This document shows positions 52,201 to 60,624 of a stretch of DNA of 64,000 nt, piece after piece. Origin of the DNA: Candidatus Poribacteria bacterium (GTDB lineage: Bacteria; Poribacteria; WGA-4E; PCPOR2b); assembly GCA_965218095.1 (NCBI GenBank), contig OZ244587.1, forward strand, positions 5,248,001 to 5,312,000. Direction: 5' to 3'. The notes below the pieces were generated by a model, which was not told the DNA's origin, searched no databases, and was given only the letters and a program-made list of their open reading frames with translations. The position numbers were made by a program, and so were the translations under genes. How positions within the stretch are numbered: position 1 is the stretch's first letter; each line of letters begins with the position of its first letter.

Positions 52201-53661
52201 ATTGACCGCTACCTTCAGTACGGTAAGTGGTTTAATCCGGCCGATGAAGTGGAATGGCCAACACAGTGGCCCTACGCTTGCGTGCTGCCCAAGGGTATGG
52301 CAGATCTGCTCGGCATCACCGAGGAAGATATGGGCAAAGCGACCGTATCCGTGTACGGTGCGAATTTCACCGTCACCGGTGTCCTCGGTATTGGTTTCAA
52401 AGATCTGCACGATAACGATGGCGAGGAACTTACGCCCGTTGATTACCAACTGATGCAGCAGCAGGAAGCGCGAGGTGGTGGACAACAGGGGAATCAACCC
52501 GTCGAAGGGGAGTTGGAGAAGTACATTCATCTTCCCCCTGATAGTGTTGCTATCCTGCCGTATAATGTGGTGATGAATCAGGGCGGGACGTTGCGCTCGG
52601 TCGCTGTCAACATGGAGCCACCGCCCGGCGATCCGGCGATCCCGCGCGCCGCCGATAGGCTTGACCTGATCATGGGACCGCTTATGAGCCGAATTGCGCT
52701 CGACTTCTTCGTCGGCAAGGATCGCGATACCTATCTCTACAGCTCAATCGGGATGACCTCTTTCTCCGGAATGGGGAACCTGTTTGTGCCGATCCTGATC
52801 GCGGCGCTGATTGTGCTAAACACGATGCTCGGTGCGGTCTATGAGAGAGTCCGAGAAATCAGCATCTATAGTTCTGTGGGACTTGCTCCTGTGCATATTG
52901 CTTTTCTTTTCCTTGCGGAGGCATGCGTGTACGCAATTATTGGTGCGGTGCTCGGCTACCTGCTCGGTCAGGCCGTTGCCACTATCCTGGTCAAATTCGC
53001 CTTTCTCGCTGGACTGACCCTCAACTACTCATCGATGTCAACAGTGGTAGCAACTATTATTGTAATGATTGTTGTTATCGGAAGTACGCTCTACCCCGCG
53101 ATTAAAGCAAGTCGAATGGCAGTCCCCGACATTGAGCGGAAATGGAAATTACCGGAACCTGATGGCGATGAATGGCACTTCGATCTCCCCTTCACTGTGC
53201 TGGTGGAAGAAGCACTCGGCTTGAATATTTTCATGCGGGATTACTTTGAAGCGCACGCCGACGAATCTGCAAGCGACTTCTATACGGACCAGGTTGCCTT
53301 TGGTCGGACCCCCGTGGCAATCGAAGGGAGAGAGGATGAGGCCTACAATATCGGCATGATGGTTTGGCTCGCCCCGTATGACCTCGGGGTCAGTCAATCC
53401 ATTCGGCTTGTGACCTCACCGGTCGGTGGAGAAGAGGAAGAACTCTACAAGATTAACCTTGATGTCCATCGAGAGAGTGGAGAGATCGCCTCGTGGAAGC
53501 GCGTCAACCGTCGCTTCTTGAACCTTGTCCGAAAGCAATTGCTGATTTGGCGGACGTTTAGCGCCGATGTCCGTGGTGAATTCCATGAACGTGGGCGGCA
53601 AGAGAGTGAAGCAGAAGCCGCGCCGAGCGTTGGCGGTTTGGCGCCCCAGCCAGCAGATTGA
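46273..53661 (+). CDS. Giant exported membrane protein: degenerate M28/PA domain + 2 LysM + Asp-rich repeats + helical insert + MacB/FtsX permease
   Basis: Signal peptide; LysM motifs (VGEGETLEGIA, IQPGDTLEDIA); DGxDNDxDGxIDE repeats; GYYD..APGAD..GIAALLE; SNMRKRKGRTILT; VYERVREISIYSSVG. Confidence 0.85.
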   Translation: MIKRYSYIGLWLCLLILSSTYVCLAADDQLLVSLSETAVKIHDEVDIGRIRKDIARLSNLSTRVTGYSESASASKYIFDRFVEIGLQNVESREFPISVPIDHGDGKVDLLSEEGTVLKTYKIWPLWPNLVRTSLLPDGISHLVGEGETLEGIAKSYQVDPQAILADPHNQYLRDQVTDSRDNDGDGEIDEPGELALVEGNPVFIPTGGLTVPLFYGGKGELADFNGKDIGGFWYKIQPGDTLEDIAHRFRIGAGSITDDVLNSHLQKTEDGIDNDEDGQIDEYGEIPPLTEILYWDTDGIDNDRDDFADEQPGDNTDGVDNNNDGQIDEDGEFVAASESSIFIPQGSVVLIDFNSSTKWINAAMLGAKAVIFIEPETTIRGEAENKFLTVPANIPRFWISKADADELLAMLGEVPHLSPPTGEGKQEGGLSVRLTCTITWERCIGQNIRGFLEGGDPALKDELVVITGYYDAMSVVPAMAPGADPTGGIAALLELGRIFSQEKFRPGRSFLFVATDAHFQGLAGMRAFMEGIGQDIVGRESDSPGTPTMRGLRRGLSADLFEFEELGRKLLLSIDRNVLVDLPSDFFYEVHQFDADLDSLMTTLTHLEQTRGKIDGLRNAQRDAKEKEKRKLETAKKREKQGFTEEEKSRLEVNLAKFKKDVLQTAQFLRLMVRRITWMRAQALNESRKVQHELIEQIALPMARLDEWAIGRLEADLAAQQIGGKYDQTPDSSYLKPEKGADGSFYLPVPGNVPPILKADVEMLSRALEDWEFKDSRKFTLQYAQERLLDRHLDFNGLEQMKQARKVVHRATKDLSEYIAVEQQLLEKVLAQIPTDSGAETRIKNTIMQLEGDPASVPKDLIVELKLFLNEPTLKRFEVIQNQLRQKLAIMDETGTATSRELDAVLIADLTRDKQNILEIAMRNARLERQRIEFLLERHDSLIRPYLAEETLVLRHHLPDDVVDLAMEVRAQIFAHLEEERLLKMVKKRAKNDIVDLQNLLNVLNRLDHDLDEDTKILLRDNLLTMRNARFRNLQKRVEKIARISEPEYNRKVRSIEQAIALQDLFNRYYTSLFIAIDLSSQSDKFGVFNKGWFYNQQPEFVLRREFASIGNRLMEYANQADFGERIGKLWTFTDDQIRQAVMSSQWEVGSDIESKRIIEGKSLETLIAEHYDTLVGLSGVSRLMKMQFEQMKNQGEPSEDMLKDMDYIRKEVERFIRNDIREARKNRKNKIRLLNRLDAMLALRHEDASALTEEEVEDIKTLIDIVGLGGETNFVNAISASGGKIWRTYIPGKIAFDSEVATLTGFTGIAFATIDDARILTDTPLDTINRMDLREDGALHKQVKTLAAVLIQAMRDPKMPTTARVGNFYCNLFGDVVEYDARESALPNKPVPYPVLTLRRKHKTMMGVRGDLFAIGDNKGNFEVAGLAMEGRATYRIGGKQEVEAYILDPDSGDIVYAPDLGNFGAKLLPNLVPINTHRRGCRIVVFPCVSTTIYDLVDQRYLRTLRELEVFNAVSDSTPEKYGMSKPWQQEGISATEPLALVYSEPNTRIKIGMAYGQIGKRLLLIKAGKSGTKNPTLYTGDGFVVRENGSIRVTPYVVVRDMWWLDENRSSLYKRFGISSDRLDQLHQFANEHLDQAEIALTQKDYQQALKLARAAWGYESRAYPDVKKTGNDVVNGVMFYLALLIPFAYFMERLLFAFPTVHKQIIVTFAIFLVVFFFLSQVHPAFQITTTPIIILIAFIVLALTALVISIIIRKFEEQVEKIKQESSKVYKADVGRLSASAAAFSLGVSNMRKRKGRTILTCTTLVILTFTVISFTSVRTFMHPNSTNLPSVTPRYTGMLIRDQYWSPLEEPVITSILNDMRKTQIPEKNLRLLLKKQKSPEEVTSIFADLRRQGALINLGGESVLRVYNVVAPRAWYQSAGTGNQSFVQLTRTPNSMDAAPPVELATGQPKTYSATMLVGMTPDEPGVTGIDRYLQYGKWFNPADEVEWPTQWPYACVLPKGMADLLGITEEDMGKATVSVYGANFTVTGVLGIGFKDLHDNDGEELTPVDYQLMQQQEARGGGQQGNQPVEGELEKYIHLPPDSVAILPYNVVMNQGGTLRSVAVNMEPPPGDPAIPRAADRLDLIMGPLMSRIALDFFVGKDRDTYLYSSIGMTSFSGMGNLFVPILIAALIVLNTMLGAVYERVREISIYSSVGLAPVHIAFLFLAEACVYAIIGAVLGYLLGQAVATILVKFAFLAGLTLNYSSMSTVVATIIVMIVVIGSTLYPAIKASRMAVPDIERKWKLPEPDGDEWHFDLPFTVLVEEALGLNIFMRDYFEAHADESASDFYTDQVAFGRTPVAIEGREDEAYNIGMMVWLAPYDLGVSQSIRLVTSPVGGEEEELYKINLDVHRESGEIASWKRVNRRFLNLVRKQLLIWRTFSADVRGEFHERGRQESEAEAAPSVGGLAPQPAD

Positions 53662-53749
53662 AACGTAATGGAGATGTACTCATCATTACAGTTACCCTTA
53701 TTCCCTTGCTCAACCATATCCTATCAAATCCGGTCTTTGCTCAAGAAAG

Positions 53750-54143
53750 AGAGAAGGTTGTTTGGGTCCTAGTGGCTTCGATGTTTCTGATTACCTCGGG
53801 ATGCGGCGAACCTGAGGAACCTATCGGGGAGGATGACGTCAAGCCAAAGCCCGTTACGAATTTCCTATTTATGAACCACCAGATGGTAGTTTCGTTGTCA
53901 ACATACCTGCTGCATGCGGTCGTGAAGCTGTGTATCCCACGGTAGAACTGTTTTTTGACCGGACACCCGCCTCTATTCGCGTGAACGGTACTTCTGTTGA
54001 GGCGGGGGTTTGGAAGGCGATAGGGGCAAAACCCGCCGAAAGGCAAGGAACTGGTCAATGGAACAACCTACTAGGGGATGTTCAAAGATGCCGAAGGAAA
54101 TAAATGGGAGATCAAATTTACATTTACGACCAAAAATGATTAG
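53750..54143 (+). pseudogene. Probable frameshifted lipoprotein remnant
   Basis: Hydrophobic stretch plus ITSGC lipobox-like motif; plausible coding sequence continues in another frame after ~53870. Confidence 0.35.
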
Positions 54144-54154
54144 GAGAAAACAAA

Positions 54155-54322
54155 ATGGAGAAATTGGCATACGGTTTAATCTTTATCGGTGCGGTGCTTT
54201 GGGGCTTTTCGATTCTTTTTATGGAAGGGCGATGGCAGCCACAAATACTAGCTGCAGTTATTCTAGCCGTTGGAATCTTGGTTGCTCACATTTGGGAGGA
54301 AAGCTTCCGGGCAAAAAAATAA
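54155..54322 (+). CDS. 55-aa two-TM microprotein (below the ORF-track cutoff)
   Basis: AGGAG at 54142-54146; MEKLAYGLIFIGAVLWGFSILFMEGRWQPQILAAVILAVGILVAHIWEESFRAKK. Confidence 0.65.
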   Translation: MEKLAYGLIFIGAVLWGFSILFMEGRWQPQILAAVILAVGILVAHIWEESFRAKK

Positions 54323-54392
54323 GTGAATCGGCAAATAGGCGAAACAAGATTCGTGAATTCGTTGTTCGCAGATTCTTGAAAGGAGAACAGGT

Positions 54393-56387
54393 TTGGCAAG
54401 AGAGAGAGTGTCGCAGGCAGAAGAGTGGCAAGCTTGGGCGCAGCGGTATGATATTGATGGTGGGATTCGGACCTTTGAATCTGGCTTAACCCTTAAAGTC
54501 TTTTTAGGCGCCCTTTTTGTCGGGCTATTGATGATGCCAGGTTCAATTTATCTGACTTTAGTGTCCGGTCAATCGGGTGCAGGCGCCGCCCCCTGGGTAG
54601 CGGTCATCCTGTTTACGGAATTGGCACGCCGATCCTTTACCACAGCGAGACGGCAAGAGCTTTACATGTTGCTCGGGCTCACCGGCGCCGCGGTCGGTTC
54701 TGGGGATCAATATCGGGGCTTCATCTGGAACGCCTTCTTTATTCAGACACAGCAGGCGGAATCGTATGAAATTGCAGACAAAATACCCTTTTGGATTGCG
54801 CCCTCGCAGGATTCGATTGCGCTTGCAGAGAGATTGCTTTTACATATGGACTGGTTTTGGCCGATCGTGATCTTTCTGATCATGAAACTGCTTGGAACGA
54901 TCCGAAGTATTAGTGCAGGATATTTTCTGTTCCGTCTCACGGCGGATTTGGAGCGCCTTCCTTACCCGCTGGCGCCCATTCAAGCTCAAGGCGCAACTGC
55001 CTTAGCGGAGACCACCGGTCGGGCAGAAACGTGGCGTTGGCGTGTGTTTTCCGTTGGGTCAATGGTAGGCCTGTTCTGGGGATTTCTCTATATCGGTATT
55101 CCCTCCCTCACCGGGGTGATGATGTCACAACCGATTCAGATTCTGAAAATTCCATTTATCGATTTTACACCGAGCATTGAAGGGTTCGCCCCGACGGGTG
55201 TGTTTGCGCTATCGACCGACTTCGGACAAATGCTTATAGGTTTCGTCCTGCCGTTCCCTGTCATCATGACTGAGTTTGCTGCGGCGCTCTTTACCCAGTT
55301 TATTCTGAACCCACAAATCCTTTATCCCACTGAGATCTTACATCAGTGGCGTGCCGGCTTGGATGTGCGTGGGGTTGGATTGTTTAATGGCCTTGATTTC
55401 TGGATTAGCTTCGGGATGGGGAAGGCCTTTAGCTTTGCTGTTGTCGGCCTAGCGGCTTCCATTCCGATGGTGCTGGTGCAGATGCGAAAAGGAAGACAGT
55501 CTGGCACGAGTGCACGCGGTTCACTGCGGCCTCCCCCAGGGCGTGGAGATTTTCCACTTTGGCTGATGGGAGGGCTATGGATACTTGGCATGGGAGTTTT
55601 TGTGTGGCTCGTGCATTGGATGGTGCCGAACTTCCCGCTGGCATTCCTGGTCGGCTTTGCCTTCGTGTATACCCCCCTTCATTCCTACATCAATGCTAGA
55701 ACTTTTGGTGTTTTAGGGAGGCCTCTCTTTGACATCCCCTATATCCACGAAACCACGTTTATTTTAAGTCGCTATGAGGAGATCGACATCTGGTTTGCTC
55801 CGCTGCCTGATGAAGACTACGGCGCTGGTACGCAGCATTGGCGAGTGCTTGAACTGACCGGCACAACCTTCACCAGTAATATTGCCGCGCATCTGATAAT
55901 GATGCCGATTCTGCTCATTTCTGGAATCATCGTTTGGCATTTCATCTGGAAAATAGCGCCAATTCCTTCTTCTCAATATCCGTTTGCACAAACGTGGTGG
56001 CCAATCTACGCGACCAACGAATGTCTCTGGAAAACCTCACTTCGCGATGGAAACAGCCAAATGCTACAAGCCATTCGTGGTGATTACGTGGCGGCTGGCT
56101 TCACCTCTTCGCTGGCAATCTACGGTTTGCTTTGGGTGGCTAAGATGCCAAGCATGTGGTTCTATGGCCTCGTTGGTGGGATTGGCGCCGACCCAGGGAT
56201 GATGATTCCACGAGTTTTGGGTGCAGCCATCGGTAGGTTTTACATGATCAAGCGATTTGGTCTGAAACGATGGTTCATGTTTAATCCTGTCCTGGCAGCA
56301 GGCTTTACTTGTGGCGTTGGACTGGTTGGTATGGGGACTGTTGCGATTGCGCTGGTTTCCAAAGCTGTGATTGTCAAACCTTTTTGA
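54393..56387 (+). CDS. OPT/YSL-like polytopic peptide transporter
   Basis: TTG start with AAGGAG RBS; many TM helices; E.L.YP.AP..A motif reminiscent of the OPT family. Confidence 0.7.
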   Translation: MARERVSQAEEWQAWAQRYDIDGGIRTFESGLTLKVFLGALFVGLLMMPGSIYLTLVSGQSGAGAAPWVAVILFTELARRSFTTARRQELYMLLGLTGAAVGSGDQYRGFIWNAFFIQTQQAESYEIADKIPFWIAPSQDSIALAERLLLHMDWFWPIVIFLIMKLLGTIRSISAGYFLFRLTADLERLPYPLAPIQAQGATALAETTGRAETWRWRVFSVGSMVGLFWGFLYIGIPSLTGVMMSQPIQILKIPFIDFTPSIEGFAPTGVFALSTDFGQMLIGFVLPFPVIMTEFAAALFTQFILNPQILYPTEILHQWRAGLDVRGVGLFNGLDFWISFGMGKAFSFAVVGLAASIPMVLVQMRKGRQSGTSARGSLRPPPGRGDFPLWLMGGLWILGMGVFVWLVHWMVPNFPLAFLVGFAFVYTPLHSYINARTFGVLGRPLFDIPYIHETTFILSRYEEIDIWFAPLPDEDYGAGTQHWRVLELTGTTFTSNIAAHLIMMPILLISGIIVWHFIWKIAPIPSSQYPFAQTWWPIYATNECLWKTSLRDGNSQMLQAIRGDYVAAGFTSSLAIYGLLWVAKMPSMWFYGLVGGIGADPGMMIPRVLGAAIGRFYMIKRFGLKRWFMFNPVLAAGFTCGVGLVGMGTVAIALVSKAVIVKPF

Positions 56388-56521
56388 AGATAAGTTCACG
56401 AGTTCAGGAGTTTATTGGTTCAAGATGAGTTTATTCGTTTAGAGATCTATCAAAATCTGACAGTCAAACCCATGACCCATCAACCAATGAACTACTGAAC
56501 CAATGAACTCATAGACCTATC

Positions 56522-57451
56522 ATGGAATGGACAACCTTAGGATGGAGTGGCATTACCCTCAAAACCCCTGCGGACTGGGAACTGAGTGGATTATCCGGTG
56601 ACGATAAAAGTGGGTACTTGCGCCTGGATGATGCGGAGATGCCGCGCCTGGAGTTAAAGTGGTCTGAGTCAAAGAAGAAGAAGCCAGACCTCCAGCGTGT
56701 CCTCGATGAATATTTTAAGCTCGTTCGCAAAAATTACAAACGTAAAGAGGCACACCTTCACATTCAGCGCAATGTCAATCTTATCAAAGATGAGGGGTTC
56801 TTCGAGGGGCGAGAGGTCGTTTTCTTCAGTTGGAAGGGGGAGTATCGGGCAGGCGGCGTCATCTTCCACTGCCACACCTGCAGGCGAATCACAATTGTGC
56901 AGGTGATGGGACATCTCAAGGAGAATCTCCGCGCAAAAACAACCCGCATCCTAGGTTCCATTCAAGATCACCCAACAGGGCAGACAACGCCGTGGAGCGC
57001 CTACCAACTCAATGCAGAAATCCCGCGACGGTACCGTCTCGACAAGCATCAACTGTTGTCCGGCTACCTGCTTTTTTCATTTGTAGATGGAAGTCGTAAG
57101 GTCAGCATTGAGCGGTATGGGGTGGCAGACGTTGTGCTAAAGGAACATGACCTTGAGTCCTGGTTCCGAGCAAAATACGCCAAAGCTATTCGCGGGTACG
57201 GTTTCTCAATTGAAACTAGCCGGGACAATGTAGACGAACGATTAACGCTGATCGGTGGGCAAACCCGCATTATAGATCATATCCCCATGGCTCCCGTCCT
57301 GATTATTGATAAGGTGATGCGCCGCAAAACCTTCGCCGTTTACCTGTGGCGATGCCATCGCTCAAATCGAATTTACGTTGTTCAAGCTATCGCCAAACGC
57401 GATGCAGCCAAGACCGCTGAGGAGATTGCGGCGAGCATTCGGTGTCATTAA
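56522..57451 (+). CDS. Hypothetical soluble protein (309 aa)
   Basis: Long ORF in the operon; two similar-looking halves, each ending in a Cys motif (HCHTCRR, RCHRSNR). Confidence 0.75.
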   Translation: MEWTTLGWSGITLKTPADWELSGLSGDDKSGYLRLDDAEMPRLELKWSESKKKKPDLQRVLDEYFKLVRKNYKRKEAHLHIQRNVNLIKDEGFFEGREVVFFSWKGEYRAGGVIFHCHTCRRITIVQVMGHLKENLRAKTTRILGSIQDHPTGQTTPWSAYQLNAEIPRRYRLDKHQLLSGYLLFSFVDGSRKVSIERYGVADVVLKEHDLESWFRAKYAKAIRGYGFSIETSRDNVDERLTLIGGQTRIIDHIPMAPVLIIDKVMRRKTFAVYLWRCHRSNRIYVVQAIAKRDAAKTAEEIAASIRCH

Positions 57452-57465
57452 AACAGGAACACACG

Positions 57466-57505
57466 AATACAGGATACAGGATACAGGATACAGGATACAA
57501 GATGC
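57466..57505 (+). repeat. Tandem heptamer array (GATACAG)n
   Basis: ATACAGGATACAGGATACAGGATACAGGATACAAGATGCAG; a partial inverted copy follows at ~57566-57577. Confidence 0.8.
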
Positions 57506-57646
57506 AGATTGCTTGCATCGCGATTTATCGGGGTTATCCCGATCTTTGGATAGGGGCTCAACTTGAATCTTGCATCTGACGGGAATTGGTGTTAATTTCC
57601 ATTTGTCCCCTTTATATATTTTACGCAATACGCATCGCGTTTTACC

Positions 57647-58066
57647 ATGATCAACCCAATACTTTACAAGCTCAGACTCAAAAAACGTCCAGATTCCGAA
57701 TTTGAGCGGGCGGATATTTTAAAATCATTACCGCTCCACAACGAGTTAATCGAATGGGAAGTCGATGATAAGGAGGAAGTTTCGCTGGTTATTCCTCAGA
57801 AGGAGACACTGTGGATACGGCTGGTTGCAAAGCTTTTTATGTTGCCCGGCAAGCGTGTGGTTGTCTTAGACGATGTTGGGTCTTATGTGTGGCAATTGTG
57901 TGATGGGCATAATTCCATCGGCCAGATTATCAAACACCTTTGTGGGAAATACCGTATGACGAGAAAAGAGGCAGAGACATCGCTGTTCACCTTTATGCGT
58001 CAGTTGGGTAAGCGGGGCATGGTCGGCTTTGCGGTTCCCCAAAAAACGAAGAAAGGAAAAAAGTAA
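57647..58066 (+). CDS. PqqD/RRE-family peptide-binding protein
   Basis: LDDVGSYVWQLCDG..SIGQII..L...Y......E......F...L...G pattern. Confidence 0.85.
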   Translation: MINPILYKLRLKKRPDSEFERADILKSLPLHNELIEWEVDDKEEVSLVIPQKETLWIRLVAKLFMLPGKRVVVLDDVGSYVWQLCDGHNSIGQIIKHLCGKYRMTRKEAETSLFTFMRQLGKRGMVGFAVPQKTKKGKK

Positions 58067-58897
58067 ATGGCAGAACTTGAGCAAGCGATAGATCCGGAAG
58101 CAATACCTGTGGATGGTGTTGTTCCAACCGAAACCCCCGAACGATTGAAGAGAGACCTACCGAAGGAAAATACGGTACGCGTAAGAAACCTGATTAAAAA
58201 ATATGAAATGGGCTCTAGCGTTGTTGAGGCGTTACGAGGCGTCAATTTTGAAATTCGCCGAGGAGAGTACATCTCGATTATGGGACCATCCGGCTCCGGT
58301 AAATCGACGCTGTTCAACATGATAGGCGGCCTGGACAAGCCAACGGAGGGCAGAGTCTACATTGATGAGGTAGATATTGCACAGTTAGATGCGTATGAAT
58401 TGGCGTGGCTGCGCTGCCGTAAGATTGGCTACATTTTCCAGGCATTCAACCTGATTCCAGTGATGACAGCCCTCGAAAATGTCTCTCTGCCCATGATCTT
58501 TGCCGGTATGACGGCTGATGATAGCCGCGAAAAAGCTGTTGATTTGTTAACCCTTGTCGGGTTAGGAGAGCGCGTGCGACATAAACCGCTTGAACTCTCC
58601 GGCGGTCAGCAACAGCGCGTCGCTGTTGCGCGTTCGCTTGCAAATAATCCGGCGATTGTGCTTGCAGATGAACCGACGGGAAACTTGGATACAAAGACTG
58701 GGCTTGAGATCATCGACCTCCTGAAAAGTTTGAATGAGGAAAATGGAGTGACGATTATTACCGCCACACACGACACAAAAATGCTCGATGTGTCGGATCG
58801 AATCTTCTACATGGGGGATGGTAGGGTCGATAAAATTGAGACACGCGAGGAAATTGATTTGCAGGTCGGTAGGCTTGACGGTGAGGAAGTGGGATAG
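58067..58897 (+). CDS. ABC ATPase, LolD/MacB type
   Basis: GPSGSGKST, IGYIFQAFNL, LSGGQQQR, LADEPTGNLD. Confidence 0.94.
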   Translation: MAELEQAIDPEAIPVDGVVPTETPERLKRDLPKENTVRVRNLIKKYEMGSSVVEALRGVNFEIRRGEYISIMGPSGSGKSTLFNMIGGLDKPTEGRVYIDEVDIAQLDAYELAWLRCRKIGYIFQAFNLIPVMTALENVSLPMIFAGMTADDSREKAVDLLTLVGLGERVRHKPLELSGGQQQRVAVARSLANNPAIVLADEPTGNLDTKTGLEIIDLLKSLNEENGVTIITATHDTKMLDVSDRIFYMGDGRVDKIETREEIDLQVGRLDGEEVG

Positions 58898-59151
58898 AAT
58901 TGAAGTGTTGGTCAAAGGAAAAGATGGCAAAATGCCGTCTTTTTCGGGTGTTATGTAATGGTCAATAGGATAATCGACACGTTTGCTTGGTAAATCCAAG
59001 CCGCAAATTGTAGGGATAATGTCTACCATCTTCCTGACCACCTACCTGACGAGTTTGGTTATCATGCTCAACTTTGGACAGAGCATGTCTACATTCCTTA
59101 CCAAGAGAGGCTCGGCAGCGAAGCCTAGGGAGATGAAAGAGGCTTTCAACG

Positions 59152-59436
59152 ATGGCAGAAGTTTTTATGAAGATAAAAGTTGAGATGCTGGAAGAAGGAG
59201 GCTACTTGGCAGCCAGCAATGAGTTGCAAGGGTTGGTCGCGTATAGGCGCACGGTGGCGGAAACGCTGGAGATAGCACAAGATGTAGCACGAAAACTCAT
59301 TGAATCGTGCATAGAACATGGGAATTCGCTTCCTCCGAGTGTGCTAAGTGTGCAGCAGGATGCTTCGCCGCGCCGCCACTGTCAGACAACGGTGAAAGTC
59401 CCGGTGGCCATCGAACTAAAGGAAGCAGCTGTATAA
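59152..59436 (+). CDS. HicB-family antitoxin (orphan)
   Basis: EEGGYLA...LQG.VA...TV.E....A.D......IE......P pattern; no HicA seen nearby. Confidence 0.75.
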   Translation: MAEVFMKIKVEMLEEGGYLAASNELQGLVAYRRTVAETLEIAQDVARKLIESCIEHGNSLPPSVLSVQQDASPRRHCQTTVKVPVAIELKEAAV

Positions 59437-59451
59437 GCCGCTTGGCCATCC

Positions 59452-60447
59452 TCAATAAGTTTCCTTGAGCAGTCGCTTTCTATCCCGAACCCTTTCAATC
59501 TTTGTCCACTCTGGCGCATCCCGAGGCAGCCGCTGGATGTCCTCCACGGTCAGACCTTCTGGAAGGTTGACGAGGTTAGATCCAATCCGATAAAGCCACG
59601 GATAGATACCGTACTCCATGCCTTTCAGCCCACACATATAAAATAGGGTATCCGGCTTCTCAAGAAGGGGCACAAGCGTATCCTGATGCTCTTCGAGACG
59701 GTCTTGCACATACAGCTTGTCCCCACGAGCATTGAGTTGTTCCCGACTAATCGCAGTGACGTAATGAAAATTCGGATGGCGCTCTGCGAAATAAAGAAAT
59801 TCCTCATTGTACATAATGTCCGTTGAATACGGCACGCCAAAGACCAGCCAGACTTCCCGTTCAAAGCCCTGATTCAATAGCTCAACAAGCATCCCAACAA
59901 ACGGAGCAATCCCTGTCCCTGTTGCTACGAACACGTAATCGCGATCTAGTGGGGCATCTGGCAGCAGGAAGCTCTTGCCTACTGGTCCCGTGATAAGCAT
60001 CTCATCACTGGGCTTTGCATCACAAATGTAATTTGAAGTTGCACCGAAAACCAATTTACCTGTTTCTTCATCCTCTTTGACTTCCCGCTTGACGCACAGA
60101 GAAACAGTCGTTCCCGCCCAGTCATCGCCCCAACAGGCAGAAGTAATCGAATAGAGGCGAATTTTATCGTTCAGCGCTTCGTGAACATAATTGAGTTCTG
60201 GGTCATTGAAACGTCCTTCCGGTACAACGCCAATGCTCTGACCAATACGATACTTGCCTGCCATTTTGCTCCCCTTCAGACTGAGGACGACGTGCCAACT
60301 GTAATTGGGGCTAGAACGATCCGTAATACGATACTTACTCAAAACCTCTGCCGGAAAGGGGTTCTTTGGTGTGTAAATATTCACCGCTGTTTCTGGAATT
60401 GGCATGAGCAGTAAATCAGCAGGCTTTTCTAAAAAAGACGTTATCAA
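59452..60447 (-). CDS. Ferredoxin-NADP(+) reductase, plant/cyanobacterial type
   Basis: RLYSI, SLCVKR, GATSNY, ATGTGIAP, YVQD, YMCGLKGM, C-terminal ETY. Confidence 0.9.
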   Translation of the reverse strand: MITSFLEKPADLLLMPIPETAVNIYTPKNPFPAEVLSKYRITDRSSPNYSWHVVLSLKGSKMAGKYRIGQSIGVVPEGRFNDPELNYVHEALNDKIRLYSITSACWGDDWAGTTVSLCVKREVKEDEETGKLVFGATSNYICDAKPSDEMLITGPVGKSFLLPDAPLDRDYVFVATGTGIAPFVGMLVELLNQGFEREVWLVFGVPYSTDIMYNEEFLYFAERHPNFHYVTAISREQLNARGDKLYVQDRLEEHQDTLVPLLEKPDTLFYMCGLKGMEYGIYPWLYRIGSNLVNLPEGLTVEDIQRLPRDAPEWTKIERVRDRKRLLKETY

Positions 60448-60624
60448 GGTCCGCCTCCAGTCAATGTGATCATGAAAATTTGAAGTAGCGACATCGGCTC
60501 AACATTATAGCACTGACCAGATTTGCTGTCAACGGAATTTCTAACCTTCCCCAATTTAGTTGCAGATATATTGCCCGATATGCTACACTTAACCAAATTT
60601 ATGGTTCGGCTCTTGTGGTGATTC

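Noticed and set aside
46762-52530. Long antisense ORFs (e.g. 46762-47826, 49984-50709; likewise 12489-13175 and 14258-14905)
   Set aside because: Shadow frames of well-supported genes, with no motifs or RBS.
57466-57505. CRISPR array
   Set aside because: 7-bp tandem units without spacers; no cas genes or repeat-spacer arrays seen anywhere in the window.
11079-58066. The radical SAM pair and the PqqD protein forming one RiPP cluster
   Set aside because: They are more than 40 kb apart with unrelated housekeeping genes between; no SPASM domain or adjacent precursor.
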